The position numbers and the translations under genes were made by a program. Under the pieces are notes generated by a model. It did not search any database, was not told the origin of the DNA, and worked only from the letters and a program-made list of their open reading frames with translations. From assembly GCF_964204645.1 (NCBI RefSeq), contig NC_134032.1, positions 3,434,175 through 3,498,174 on the forward strand: a stretch of 64,000 nucleotides of DNA, written 5' to 3'. The stretch is from Tubulanus polymorphus. Taxonomy: Eukaryota; Animalia; Nemertea. Each line of letters begins with the position of its first letter. Position 1 is the first letter of the stretch. Shown here in pieces: positions 15,258-27,794 of the stretch.

Positions 15258-15291
15258 CTGAAGATGACTATTAGGACATAGACGAAACGTT
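15258..15291 (+). ncRNA. Degenerate hammerhead-like motif / Penelope pLTR remnant inside the transposon
   Basis: CTGAAGA-T-GACTAT-TAGGAC-ATAGAC-GAAACGTT with one stem mismatch. Confidence 0.4.
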
Positions 15292-16002
15292 GAATGAACT
15301 ACTAACATTTTTGGACTTTTTCGTTATCATTGTGGGATTATCTCTACATCGCTTCAGACGGATATAGTGTTTTATCAATCGTGATATCGGTTCTTTCCGC
15401 TGTATTAAAATGGCAACGGTTGTCGACGAAATTATAAATGATGACGATTTTGACGATCTATTCTTTGATAGTGACGAATTGGTTCAGATCGATACGGAAA
15501 TATTACGGGAATCCTCTGGATCAGGATCAACTAATTCGGCCGATTCTAGTGAGTGTTATTCCTTTTGAATCAATGAAATATCGGAATAGTTTCCACCTAC
15601 TTGCAGGCACTTTATTCTTTCCTTTTCTTTTTCATATAGGTACTTCTCAGGCTCAGCTGACCAGAGACTGCGATCTGAACACGAGAAAACACATACAGGT
15701 ATTTTTTACATTTATTTTTATAATCAATACAATCCTTTTAGGTTATAAAATAATAAACGAATACAGAAAATAATATATAAACATAATATAAAAAATCCAG
15801 ATAAGTACATGTTAAAATAATAATCATTATTATTATTTTCGCAGGAACGCTATATATTTGGAAAAGGCTATGACTGAAGTGATTAACCATCGAGTATTTA
15901 AATTCAGTTCAAATGGAATGGCAGCAGTACATTATGGAAAATCGATCGATACAATTTTGACTACAAATACGTCGCCGTCCAGACTTGGAATTAACCAGTG
16001 GT

Positions 16003-16247
16003 TTACATGTCCATTGTTTTAATTTGATAGTCACAGGGACAGTTTTTTTTAACGTTTTTGTTCTTACGCCATTTTTGTAATTTGACACGACACATATTAC
16101 AGATATATCTCGGGTACTGTTCATTATCATCATCAAAATCAATGTTGAACAACTCCTTCACATGGCTTTTGAAATTATTTTTATCGATAGGACGACGATC
16201 CGGAGGTTTCGCATTTTTCCACACAGATCCAACACAAAGATCCATGA
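16003..16247 (-). pseudogene. Exon fragment encoding a CxxC...P-x3-CxxC zinc-binding domain (transposon N-terminal, Chapa/RAG1-N/zf-AD-like)
   Basis: After a TTTTAG acceptor, reads LCWIC(G)KNAKPP...VKELFNIDFDDDNEQYPRYICNMCRVKL with a one-base frameshift. Confidence 0.5.
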
Positions 16248-19200
16248 CTAAAAACAAGAAAAGGTTAATTAAATGAGATTGCTGATGCTATTTAGGCAAC
16301 TTGGATTATATGGGAGACAATAATTTGTAGGCCTAATGTAAGCGTTATTAAGTAACATTATTATGTAGTAAATACACATTTTAAATATCATACTTCGTGT
16401 ATATGTTTGTGTCGTAACATAGCAACATGACGTCAGAAACGAAAGCTGCGCGAGTCTGGGCCGAAATATTTGACATCTTCAAGGCCCAAATAACGCTAAA
16501 CCCGGAATCGGAACGAACTGGCAAAAACATATGTTTAACACATAAAAACAGACTTTAATCACAATATAAATACTTAATGTTCCGATACCGGGTTTCGGAG
16601 ATATAGAAGAATAAAAATACATACCTTTTTGGACAAATTTTACGAGAAATTGTTGAATTTCAACCGATTTTCTAAAGAAAAATATGTGTATACACAGCCA
16701 CTTCCACGTTGTTCAATTAACTGCAGTGCGCATGCGTTGTATCGATCGCAGAACATTTATCGGGCTAAAACTATTGCGGGTTGTTCTGCGACCGAATCAA
16801 AGTTGATGTTGACTGGCGTTCAGCTGGTAACACACACTCGATAAGCGTAGCTTACTGCTGTTGCGGTAACCTTTGATGTACGGGCTGAATTGAATAGCCT
16901 ACATCCGGCAATTAAAAGCGTCCGTATTCCATCTCATCACACTTCCCTGATTTAATCAAATTACCCAATACAAAAGGAAATAATATTAAACATTATACAT
17001 TAGAACCTTTATACCTATCAAAAGATTATGATTCAAATAATGTTATAGATATACTATATTATGAAAATCATTATATGTGGATACAACAAATCGATTTATT
17101 TTTCAAATCAGAAAATGATTTTGATAATAAAATATATCTATGTAGAAAATGTTTACATAAATTTAGAACTAAAAGTGCATTATTAAATCATAAACAACTA
17201 TGTGCTAATCATGATTATTGTAAATTAGTTTTACCAAATGAAAAAGATAAAATATTAGAATTCAAAAATATGATTACAAAAATAAAGTGCCATTTGTAAT
17301 ATATGGTGATTTTGAATCATTAAATAAAGAATTAACAGATAAAGATAGAAAAGAAATATATTATAAAAGAAAGAAATTAAATTCTAATGAAAGTGATTAT
17401 TCAGAAGAACCACCAAAAACAAATACTATTAAAAAGATTCATCAATCAGCTGCAGCTTTCGGGTTATATATTAAATCTAATTATCCAGAACAAATTAAAA
17501 GTGAATATTATAATTATAGAAATGAAAATGTTATCAATCATTTTTGTGACTTATTAATTGAATATGAAATAAAATTTAGTAAATTATTGAATACAAATAT
17601 AGAAATTATAATGACAGAAGAAGATAAAGAAGAATTTGAGTTTGCAGATAAATGTTATTATTGTAATCAAATATTCTATTCATATGATAAAAAAGTAAGA
17701 GATCATGATCATTTGAACGGAAAGTTTAGAGGTGCGGCGCATGAGAATTGTAACTTACAAGCTAAGAAAATCAATTTTGTTCCAGTAATATTTCATAATT
17801 TATCAGGATATGACGCACATTTTTTTATCAAACAGCTATGTCATAAAATAGAAGAAATCAATAATGAAATAGAAAGATTAAATTCAAATAGATTAAAAGA
17901 TGACAAAGTATCAACTTAAAAATTTAAAATGCTAGCTAAAACATCCGAGAATTATATATCTTTCCAATTTGGATGTCTAAGATTTATAGATTCATATAGA
18001 TTTTTAAATAGTTCATTAGATAATTTATCAAAATCATTAGTTGATGATGAATTACAAATATTAAAACAACACTATCCAAATAATGATGATTTCCAATTAA
18101 TGAGATATAAAGGAGCGATTCCATATTCTTTCTATAAAAATCATAATGATTTTAATATAACTGAATTATTAAAAGAACAATTCTATGATGAATTAAAAAA
18201 CGAATATGTTAAAGATGAAGTCTATAATAGAACATTGAATATTTGGAATCATTTTGGAATGAAAAATCATGGACAATTAGTAGATTTATATCTAAAATCA
18301 GATGTATTATTATTAACTGATATATTTGAAAGGTTTAGAGATGTAAACCTAAAATATTTTAATATTGATCCATGTCATTGTTATTCTAGCCCAGGATTAA
18401 CTTGGGATTGTGGTTTAAAATTTACAGATATAAAAATGGATTTGTTAACAAATATAGATCAATTATTATTATTTGAAAAATCTATAAGAGGAGGTGTTTC
18501 AGGTGTATTAGGTGATAGATATTTCAATGTAAATGATAACCCCGGATATAAGTTATTATACATAGATGCAAATAATTTGTTGGGCAATGAAAAAATAATG
18601 GTTGGGCAATGATGGAACCACAACCTTATGGAGTATTTGAATTAACTGAAGTTTTACAGAATGAAAATAATGATAAATTTGATTGGAAGAAAAGAATTCT
18701 AGATATTGCAGATGATTCAGATACTGGTTACTTTTTTGTTGTAGATTTAGAATATCCTGAACATATAAAATTCAAATCTAGAAATCTAGCATATTGTCCC
18801 GAACATAAAACTGTTAAACATGAAGAACTATCAAATTACCAGAAAGGAATTAAACCTGCTAATCATATTCATACAGAAAAGTTAATGGTAACTCAAGAAG
18901 ATAAATATAATTATGTAGTACATTATAGAATGTTAAAGTTTTATCTAAATCAAGGAATGATTCTAAAAAAAGTACATAGATATATTTCATTTAACCAATC
19001 TAAGTGGTTAGAAAAATATATAGATTTTAACACCAAACAGAGAACTAAAGCTAAAACTGATTTCGAGAAAGATTTCTTCAAACTAATGAATAATGCATTC
19101 TATGGTAAGACTTGTGAAAATATTAGAAATAGAAATGATATTGAGTTAGTCAGTAATGGTAAAAGAATTAGACATTTACAATCATATCCTAAGTTTTTAT

Positions 19201-19945
19201 GTAACAGAATATTTGATGAAAATTTAGCAGCAGTTAAAATGAAAAGAACATCAATGAAATTTAACAAACCGATTTATGTTGGAGCTTCAGTTTTAGAAAT
19301 ATCAAAATTACTAATGTATGAATTTTATTACAATGTATTACAACCACATTTTGGAGAAAAACATATAGAAATATTATATTTTGATACAGATTCTTACATA
19401 TTAAAATTAAAAACTGATAACATAACTGATGATTTAAAAACATTAAAACATCATTTTGATTTCAGTAACTATCCTAAAAATCATGAATTGTTTACCAATG
19501 ATAATAAAAAAGTTCCTGGAAAGTTTAAGGATGAATTAGGTGGTGAAGAAATGATAGAGTTCATTGGTATTAGATCTAAAATGTATAGTTATAAAACTAA
19601 AACTCATGAAGCTAAAAAGTTAAAAGGAATTAACAAAAGCGTTGTTGAAAAGAATATTCATTTTAAAGATTACATCAATTGTATATTCAATGAAGAAGTT
19701 AGAAAACATAAGATGAAATGTTTAAGATCTGAAGATCATGAAATGTTTATTGAAGAGATAGAGAAGATAAGTCTAAACCCATTTGATGATAAAAGATATA
19801 TTTTAGATGATGGAATTCATACCGTTGCTTATGGTTGCAATTTAGATGAATACTTAAAATTTAAAAGAGAAGAAACAAAAGAGAACGAGATAATGAAAAG
19901 AATTCTAACGTGTTAATCAAATTTTAATAAAAATATGTTATTAAA

Positions 19946-20315
19946 ATGGAGAGTAAACAAGCGCACAGTGAGAACAACAAATCATTTCTAGATAGAATAA
20001 AAGATACTACAAATGTAAAATCTGTAGATTATAAATTCAAAAAGTTAAGAAGAATTAACAATCCATAAGAAATATCTAATTACAAATATTGATACAGTTA
20101 CTAATAACTATGGAGATAATAACTATGGAGATAAATTAGTTATACACTTAGAATATGAAGGATTAAAAGGAAATACATATAAATTCAGAACATATTTACC
20201 GGATAGATTTCATAGATTATCAAGTGAAGATTTAGAAGAATTATGTCCTGGAGATTTCTATTTCGTATACAAAGGTAAGAATGAAAAAGGTCACCATGAA
20301 ATAGATTTCGAATGA
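19946..20315 (+). pseudogene. Small OB-fold/SSB-like protein, element A (frameshifted)
   Basis: Homologous to intact 31852-32193; contains an extra base and a short tandem duplication near 20105-20130. Confidence 0.85.
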
Positions 20316-20332
20316 GAAAATATGTAAAATAA

Positions 20333-21087
20333 ATGGTAGAATTAAAAGAATACAGAATATTTGTAGATTCTAGAAAACTTACAAATTATAAATCTCATAA
20401 TTTACTAGTACAATTAGATAGAGAATTCAAGAATTGTGTAGATTTAAAATTAGTTAATATGAGTTTATGTAATTCTTTTTATAATATATCGAATAAAACT
20501 ATTGAACATAATACTTTTTTAATTCATATTAGAAATATAAATAAATGGTTTAATCTATTTCTAAGACCAGGATTATATAATTTAGAAACATTAGCTCAAG
20601 AAATTAATCGTAGAGCACGGTTGAAAATTAGAAAAGATGATAAATTTTTAATAAGATTTATAAAAAGTGATAGCTCAAATAAAATTAATAAAAAGGTATT
20701 TGATGAAAGTCAACATGCATTTATGGTAAAAAAACCTATAGCTAAACTGTTAGGAATTGTACCAGATACTGTTACAGGAAACGTAGAAGGCATTTCAAAT
20801 ATAATGCCTTTTACACACTTATTTATTGCAATTTAATCGATCCTACAAAAACATTCGAAGCAACTAAAGATACAACATGTAATTCTAGTATATTAAATAT
20901 TTTACCGCTGAAAAATGTTAAACAATTTGGAACGCAAATAAATTATAATTTAACAGAATGTGATTTCAAACCTTGTATTCCTCAATTTAATAATTTTAAA
21001 TTAGAAATAAGAAATCATAATGGTTATTTAATTGATTTGAATAACTTTCCTGTAATTTATGAATTAGTTATAAGATGTAAAGAGTAA
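20333..21087 (+). pseudogene. Minor capsid protein (penton), element A, frameshifted
   Basis: Colinear with 32211-32966; frameshift near 20820. Confidence 0.8.
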
Positions 21088-21103
21088 TTTTTCACCTATA
21101 TAA

Positions 21104-21461
21104 ATGAATATAACTGTTGGACCGAGTATATGTTTTGGGTTTGATTTTAAACGTGAGAAAGAAATGAAATTTAACATTAATGATGTAATTACACATATTA
21201 AAAATATTGCATTTTCTAATGAAACAACATTTGAGTATGAAACAACAATAGATAAAGAAACTTTAAATGTAGAAAAGATTACTAATTTAATTAGAGAATC
21301 TTTAAGATTTTATGAATTAGATGAAGATTTTATCATCGATGATATTTAAAAAAATAATAATTGAAATATATAAAAATGAAACTAGTAATAAAATAAATGT
21401 TGAATTAATCATAAATAAGTTAACTAAATATGTTGATGATAGTAATTTTTTTGATAAATAA
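21104..21461 (+). pseudogene. Hypothetical viral protein, element A (premature stop)
   Basis: Homologue of 117-aa ORF 32983-33336. Confidence 0.8.
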
Positions 21462-21683
21462 ATGAGTGATAATAAGTGGATAATAACTGGATTATATAAT
21501 GGAGCATTACTATCAGTTGGAACTGTTGGTTATTCAATGGTATTAAAAAAAGTATTCAAAATGGGAAGTGTTAATGTTGATAGATTTGATATAAATGATA
21601 TTTTAAAATTAACGTTAGCAGTTACTTTATCTAATTTAACTATTGATTATTTGGAAAAACAGAAATATATTCCTCCTATATAA
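21462..21683 (+). CDS. 73-aa putative membrane protein, element A
   Basis: Intact, identical protein in B; two hydrophobic segments. Confidence 0.85.
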   Translation: MSDNKWIITGLYNGALLSVGTVGYSMVLKKVFKMGSVNVDRFDINDILKLTLAVTLSNLTIDYLEKQKYIPPI

Positions 21684-21707
21684 ATGCGTAATTTTTTTAT
21701 ATAATAA

Positions 21708-22130
21708 ATGGCTTCTGCAATTATAACTATTATAGGATCGGCAATTGTTAACGCTTTAGCTTTTACAGGTGGAGGATATTTATTTAAACATATTGATAAA
21801 AATAGTTCATTAGGAGAACAAAGAAGACATAACTTAGCGTTAGAGAAATACAATAAAGCTGCAGAAGAATATAGAGAAAAGAGACAAAACTATATGGATT
21901 ACATCAATAAAGAATTATATGATCAGAAGATCTCACATAGAGATTTTCAATCAGTTGATGATGCAATGAGTTTATATAACGCGGTAACCAATAAAGAAAA
22001 ATTACATCTATACAAACCTAAATTATCAGATTATTATACCCCAAGTAAAGAACAACAGAAATATGAAATAATTTGGATTTTAGGCGGAACTGTTATTGTT
22101 ATATTTGTAGCGTATAAATTTACTAATTAG
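21708..22130 (+). CDS. 140-aa putative membrane protein, element A
   Basis: Hydrophobic N-terminus and C-terminal IIWILGGTVIVIFVAY; conserved in B. Confidence 0.85.
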   Translation: MASAIITIIGSAIVNALAFTGGGYLFKHIDKNSSLGEQRRHNLALEKYNKAAEEYREKRQNYMDYINKELYDQKISHRDFQSVDDAMSLYNAVTNKEKLHLYKPKLSDYYTPSKEQQKYEIIWILGGTVIVIFVAYKFTN

Positions 22131-22149
22131 TAATTTTTTTTCTAAATAA

Positions 22150-22557
22150 ATGGAAGATAAAGTTGATAGTATTGATATTATTCCTCATGATATAAATAAA
22201 ACTAAATTAAAAACATATTTAGAAAAACAAATATTAGAATTTGAAAGTGACTTAAAGATAAAAAAGAAAAAATATTTAAAAAGTAAAATTATATATTATT
22301 TGATTATTAGTGGTTCGGTTACAATTAGTTCTGTAATAACATTTCTAGCAATATTCAGTCCATTAACACCTTTAGCTATATCAATTGGTGTGTTAGGATT
22401 AAGTTCAAGTGTTTTAACCGATATAAGTTCAAAATTAAATATAAAAAGTAATAAAGAAAAAATGAAAACTAATATAAAAGAAATTAATAAATTAAAGAAT
22501 ACACTAGATTATATAATAAGTTTAAATGGCCATATAACAGTTGAAGAACAAGATTAA
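22150..22557 (+). CDS. Two-TM coiled-coil protein, element A (9 aa shorter than B through a stop)
   Basis: Homologue of 34025-34459. Confidence 0.8.
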   Translation: MEDKVDSIDIIPHDINKTKLKTYLEKQILEFESDLKIKKKKYLKSKIIYYLIISGSVTISSVITFLAIFSPLTPLAISIGVLGLSSSVLTDISSKLNIKSNKEKMKTNIKEINKLKNTLDYIISLNGHITVEEQD

Positions 22558-22600
22558 TTATTAAAAGAATTAATAAATTATCAATTTTTTATTTATATAA

Positions 22601-23988
22601 ATGGTAGATAGTTTTCCAAAAGCTTTCCAATATAATAAATCAATTAAATATAATATTCCAGCAATAGATTTTAATAAAGATATTACATATAGAAATGAAG
22701 TTTTAGAATCATTAACTAATTTAGAAATTTATGTTACTGAAACTAATAATTTTAATGCAAAGATGGAAAATATATTTCATGTATATTTAATTAATTTAAA
22801 AAAATTGAAAGATGAAAAACAATGGTTATTAAAATCTAATATGAAGTATTGGCAGAATCAATTAAATTTTGCTGTTTATTGTTCAACAACAGGATGTGGA
22901 ATTAGTTGGAATGATCATTTGAATAATTCTAAATATAAATTAATTCAAAGTTTATTTAGATTTCATACATACTTTCAAATAAGAATAATATTAAATGAAT
23001 TAGAGTGCGCTTTACCAGGATCAAGATATTTTAAAGAATTAGATAATAATATTAATTTATCTAAGTTTTATAAAATTTGCAATGAATTTAATATAGATAT
23101 AAATAATTCTGATTTTAGAACAAAAATTGGAACAATAAGATCACTTCCTTGCCCTAAAAAGATTGCAGAATATTGTGCACTTCCCATACCATCTAATAGC
23201 TTTTATAATATCTATAATAATAAATTAGGTTATGGTAAAATAGAAACTAAGGATTTAGAAACATTAAATTTCAATAAATTGCCGAAATTTTATGATCATT
23301 TAAAACAAGAAAACAATAATGGTTGGGTTTATTTTATTTTAGAAAACAGTGAAGGTTTTATTAAATCAGGTATAGAAAGAATAAATCAATCTATTAGAAC
23401 TTATTTGATATGTATTTTAGGTGCGCAAGTTGAAAGAAGATCACCGATAATTGGAAATTTTAATACATCATTCGATACACAAAAACAATTTAAAGTTTTA
23501 TTTGAAGATTCAATTCATAATGATAAAAATAGATCGATTCCAGAAAACATTATTAGATATCAAAATTATTTAGATAAATCACATATTAGATTAAATTATT
23601 GTATAGGCCCTAATCTATTAATTATTTCTAATGATTTAGTATTGAAGATGGGAAATATAATTGGTTATAATAATCTAATTAAAACTGCAACAATAAATAA
23701 TTCATTTGGGTTAAATGATATAAATAAAAAGATTATTACTGCTCCAAAATTAATGGAAGGTGAAAAAAATAAAAAACACATTCAATCAACTGAAACTAAA
23801 ACTAAGAATATTAAATTAAATAGTGATTCTAAAATAAAAGATTAAAATACATCAGAAAATATTAAAACCGATAAAATTCAACATGATATAATTAAACTAA
23901 ATGCTGATAATAAATCCCATGAAAATACTAAATTAGCTATATCTTGTATAGGAATTGTAATCGGAGGAAAATTATATTTTAAATTTTA
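22601..23988 (+). pseudogene. Conserved viral protein with C-terminal TM anchor, element A (premature stop at 23845)
   Basis: YWQNQLNFAVYCSTTGCGISW motif; homologue of 34477-35784. Confidence 0.8.
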
Positions 23989-24005
23989 ATTTTTTTATTA
24001 TGTAA

Positions 24006-25467
24006 ATGGATGTAGAAGGTGGAGAAGATTATGAAATGTGAGAAATGGGAAATAATAATGAAGGATATATTGATAATGAACCACAACCCGATTTTAATGA
24101 AACTAATATTGATAATGATGATGAATCAGCATATAATTCTAATTTAGCAGATAGTGGTTATAAAGCCCCATCAACAGATGAATTTGATAGAAGAACTAGA
24201 TCGAGAATAAATCCTGAAAATGAAAATCAAGGTTTATCAAGACAAGATTTAGAAAATTATAAATTTATATATAAATTCCAACATGTATTTGAAGAATCTG
24301 GATATAATATAAATGACAGAGGCGCCAGACTTTTAGTAGAAAATTTAAAACCTTTTAAAGGTAAATATTATTATCATTTGGATGGTGATTATTATATTGA
24401 TATCACTAATCAAAGGACAAGACTAACTAAAATATTAGCGGAATCAACTTTGCTTAAGTTAGAACCAGATAGAATTAAGAGAATAAGTAATAGTAATGAA
24501 ATAACTGATGTTACACAAGAAGAAAGAGATGATAATATACTAGAATTTAGTCAAAGAATTGATGACTTATTAAAAATAATCAATAATAATTTAGAAACAG
24601 AAACAACTTCTGAACAGAATAAAACTTCCAAAACTAGTAAACTTAAATCAAATAAAGTTCCAATTGAAAAACTTTTACCGAATGGATTACTTGATGCAAC
24701 AGATCAAGAATTAGAAGATTTAGATATATTTTCTGATAAAGCAATTAGAGAAATTATTAGTATAAGACTTGCATCTGATAAAATTGCGCATGATAAAAGT
24801 ATAAGAGATTTTAAAATTAGAACTTTAGAAAAAGAATTAACTGATAAAAATAAAGAAATAGAACAATTAAAGTCTGATTTAGATCATCAAGTAATTGATG
24901 AAATAGAATATAGGCAAAAAGAATTACGTTTAGAAAAAGAAATTAGTAATTTAAAAGATAATTTAGAAGTACAGAAAGAAGAAATTAAATTATTATTAAA
25001 ATCATATGATTATAATATTAATAGATTAAAAGATGTTTTTAAAAGATATCTAATAAAACCAGATTCTAAAATATCATTGAAAGATAGAATAAAGTTATTG
25101 TTTAAATTAGAAGGAATAACAATTCTTTCAATTCTAACAGCTGTAACTATGTTATTTACAACAATTGGTTTAGCAATATCAAATGCTTTAAAATCTACTC
25201 CTACTCCCAATAAACCAGATAAACCCAGGTAATAATTCTATACAAGATAAAGTTAAAGATGGTTTAAAGAAATTAGCAAAATATCTATGGGAACTATCTA
25301 AAAAATCTGCTGCAGCTTTACCAGGAATTATTGCATCAATTGTTGGTTTTATATTGAAATCTGCTGGGAATATTCTTAACTTTGCTGCTGAACATATTAT
25401 TTTATTTTTAATAACAGTTGTAAGTGCTATTATTTTTGGATTAGTAAACATGATCAAAAATAAATAA
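24006..25467 (+). pseudogene. Acidic N-terminus / coiled-coil protein with C-terminal hydrophobic helices, element A
   Basis: MDVEGGEDYEM start, early GGA>TGA, frameshift near 25225; C-terminal ITILSILTAVTMLF, ALPGIIASIVGFIL, IILFLITVVSAIIFGLV. Confidence 0.8.
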
Positions 25468-25488
25468 TTAATTTTTTTTGTTAAATAA

Positions 25489-26736
25489 ATGAGTGGGAGT
25501 TATATAAGTCCTTCTAAGATTTCTAAAATATCTAATGCTATTAAAGCAGAAAGATCACATCATATAATTACTCATAACCCTTCAAATATTAATCCCGATG
25601 AAACTTTATATGTTAGAATTCCTAGATTAACACAAAATACTTTTTACGTTCCAAACAGTATTTATTTATCAGCCGATATAAAAGTATCTGGTCATGATAA
25701 TAATTATGTTTTTGATAATGTTGGAAGATATTTGATTAAAAAGTTAACAATAAAGATTGGTCCAGAAACAGTTTTCTCATTAGATGATTATAATTTATTT
25801 ATGCATTATAAAGATTTATGGTTAACTAAAGAAAATAGAAATAATATGATATTTCAAGGCATCCAATCAGAAAACCAAAATAAATTAAGATCAGAAGCTA
25901 ATAGCGCAATATTAACTAATGTTGTAGATAAATTGATAAAAAGTATATATGGAAGCAAATATAAAATTCCATTAGACTTTGAATTGATAAATAATAATGC
26001 ACCTTTACATAAATACGCAATTCAAGAAGACGTTATATTCGAAATAACATTTGCTCCTGTAAATGAAATTGTATTATCTAGCGTTGTTAAAGATATGAGT
26101 TGTAAATTATCGAATATATGTTTAGAATATGATACAGTAACTGATGAAAATATTTCAAGTATAATTCAAACTCAATACAATCAAGGATTTTCATTATTAT
26201 ATGATTATATTGATAAATTTAAAACCGTAACTATTAATGCAAATGATGAAATAATTAATGAGAATATTAACTTCCCAAGAAGATCTATTAAAGGTATACT
26301 AATATTTTTTACCATTGCAACATATACTAATGGCGCAATAAATGTTGATAATTATTATAATCCTGAAATAACAAAAGTAGAAATAACTATCGAAGGAATA
26401 GCAAATAAAATATTTTGTCAAGGAATGAGAATGATTGATCAATGGCCAGAAATTAGAAAACATTTTATGAATGAAAAAGTAAAATCATCTGAAAATTGTA
26501 ACATTAATCAAATTGATTATTATACCGGCAATAGATATGCATTATGGTTAGATTTTAGAACAACAGAGGATAATTCATTACATGGTTCTGGAAAAAAACT
26601 ACAGAACACTAAAGATGGAATACAATTATTCATGACAAAGAATAAAGGAATCAAAAATTTTAAAATGCACATTTATATTATATCTGACGCACAATTAAAT
26701 ATCGTAAATTCACAATTAGATAGTGTTATGTATTAA
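25489..26736 (+). CDS. Major capsid protein, double jelly-roll type (only copy in the cluster)
   Basis: 415-aa intact ORF with beta-rich pattern typical of Polinton-like MCPs (LIKKLTIKIG, YKIPL, LSNICLEYD, ALWLDF...HGSG, IYIISDAQLNI); genomic context. Confidence 0.75.
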   Translation: MSGSYISPSKISKISNAIKAERSHHIITHNPSNINPDETLYVRIPRLTQNTFYVPNSIYLSADIKVSGHDNNYVFDNVGRYLIKKLTIKIGPETVFSLDDYNLFMHYKDLWLTKENRNNMIFQGIQSENQNKLRSEANSAILTNVVDKLIKSIYGSKYKIPLDFELINNNAPLHKYAIQEDVIFEITFAPVNEIVLSSVVKDMSCKLSNICLEYDTVTDENISSIIQTQYNQGFSLLYDYIDKFKTVTINANDEIINENINFPRRSIKGILIFFTIATYTNGAINVDNYYNPEITKVEITIEGIANKIFCQGMRMIDQWPEIRKHFMNEKVKSSENCNINQIDYYTGNRYALWLDFRTTEDNSLHGSGKKLQNTKDGIQLFMTKNKGIKNFKMHIYIISDAQLNIVNSQLDSVMY

Positions 26737-26768
26737 AATTTTAACTTTAATAAAAAATCTTATATTAA

Positions 26769-27446
26769 ATGGAAGGAGGTAAAGTATATGAAAGAATCAA
26801 AGCTGATAAAGAAATCAATGATGATTTGTATTATGTAATACCTTATAAAAGAATAAATGAATATATTGGAACATTTTTATTAAACGAATTAAATCAATAC
26901 AAAGAATATTTAATTGAACGTAATAATAATATTGATATAAAAATAGAAGATAATATTGAAACAAAAATAGAAGATAATATTGAAACAAAAATAGATAATA
27001 ATATTGAAAAAAAAATAGAAGATAATGTTATACCTTCTACATCGAATGATGATAAGATTGAAACAAAAATAGAACATAATATTGAACCTAAAATAGAAAA
27101 ATCAAATGTTCAACCAAAAGATAACATCAGATGTATGTATTGTGAAGAAGATTTTGATAATTATAATGATTATTTATTGCACATCAAAAAAGATGAACAT
27201 ATTTTACAATTAGTAAAAACATATGCTAATATATATAAAGATAAATGCAAAGAGGATCAGAATTATTGTGCCTTCTGTAATGAATGTATAACAAAGGCTA
27301 ATTGGGCAAAACATTATAAATTAAAAACTAAAGGTGGAAATGATTCGGCCCATGCAATACAGGTATTTAAATCTTGGTGTGAAAAATGTAAAGAATATGT
27401 AATATATGATAAACAATTGAATCATAAATACTCAATTAAACATATT
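26769..27446 (+). pseudogene. Triple C2H2 zinc-finger protein, element A, 5' part (3' part at 43441-43807)
   Basis: CMYC..H..H, CAFC..H, CEKC..H; 24-bp (IEDNIETK)n repeats at ~26928-27023; split by element B. Confidence 0.85.
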
Positions 27447-27712
27447 AGTAATAGGGGTAATAGGCTTTCAGATCAAAGGTCGAACGGTTGAGCTCGTAAA
27501 AAATGAAAAACATAAAAATAATTACAATTTCTACTTGAATTACTCGCGAAACTCATAAAAATGAAAAATAAATTCTCACACGCTCGAATTTATTTTTCAT
27601 TTTATGAGTTTCACTCCTAATTCAAGTAGAAATTGTAATTATTTTTATGTTTTTCATTTTTACTCACCCGCCCGTTCAACCTTTAACCCGAAAGCCTATT
27701 ACCCCTATTACT
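27447..27712. repeat. Terminal palindromic hairpin of element B (266 bp)
   Basis: AGTAATAGGGGTAATAGG...internal loop TCGCG/CACTC...tip loop TCACACGCTC...CCTATTACCCCTATTACT. Confidence 0.95.
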
Positions 27713-27794
27713 CTTAAAATATTCATATATAAATGAATAACATTTAAATCATTGAACTTCTAAAATCAATTTTAATAAAAAATATAGTATTAAA

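Larger units (their letters stand above)
14792..16949. mobile_element. Non-autonomous cut-and-paste DNA transposon inserted in PolB-A
   Basis: 33-bp perfect TIR CAGGGAAGTGTGATGAGATGGAATACGGACGCT; TSD ATTTAAT (7 bp), or GATTTAATC (9 bp) if termini are AGGG; PolB reads through when it is removed. Confidence 0.95.
13692..19916 (+). pseudogene. Protein-primed-type family B DNA polymerase, element A (frameshifted, transposon-interrupted)
   Basis: Six ORF pieces colinear with the intact 1342-aa copy; YGDFES, FHNLSGYD, YIDANNL, KLMNNAFYGK, YFDTDS. Confidence 0.95.

Noticed and set aside
14792-16949. ProtoRAG/RAG transposon
   Set aside because: TIR lacks the CAC heptamer-like start, TSD is not 5 bp, and no RAG1 core or RAG2 kelch/PHD sequence is visible.
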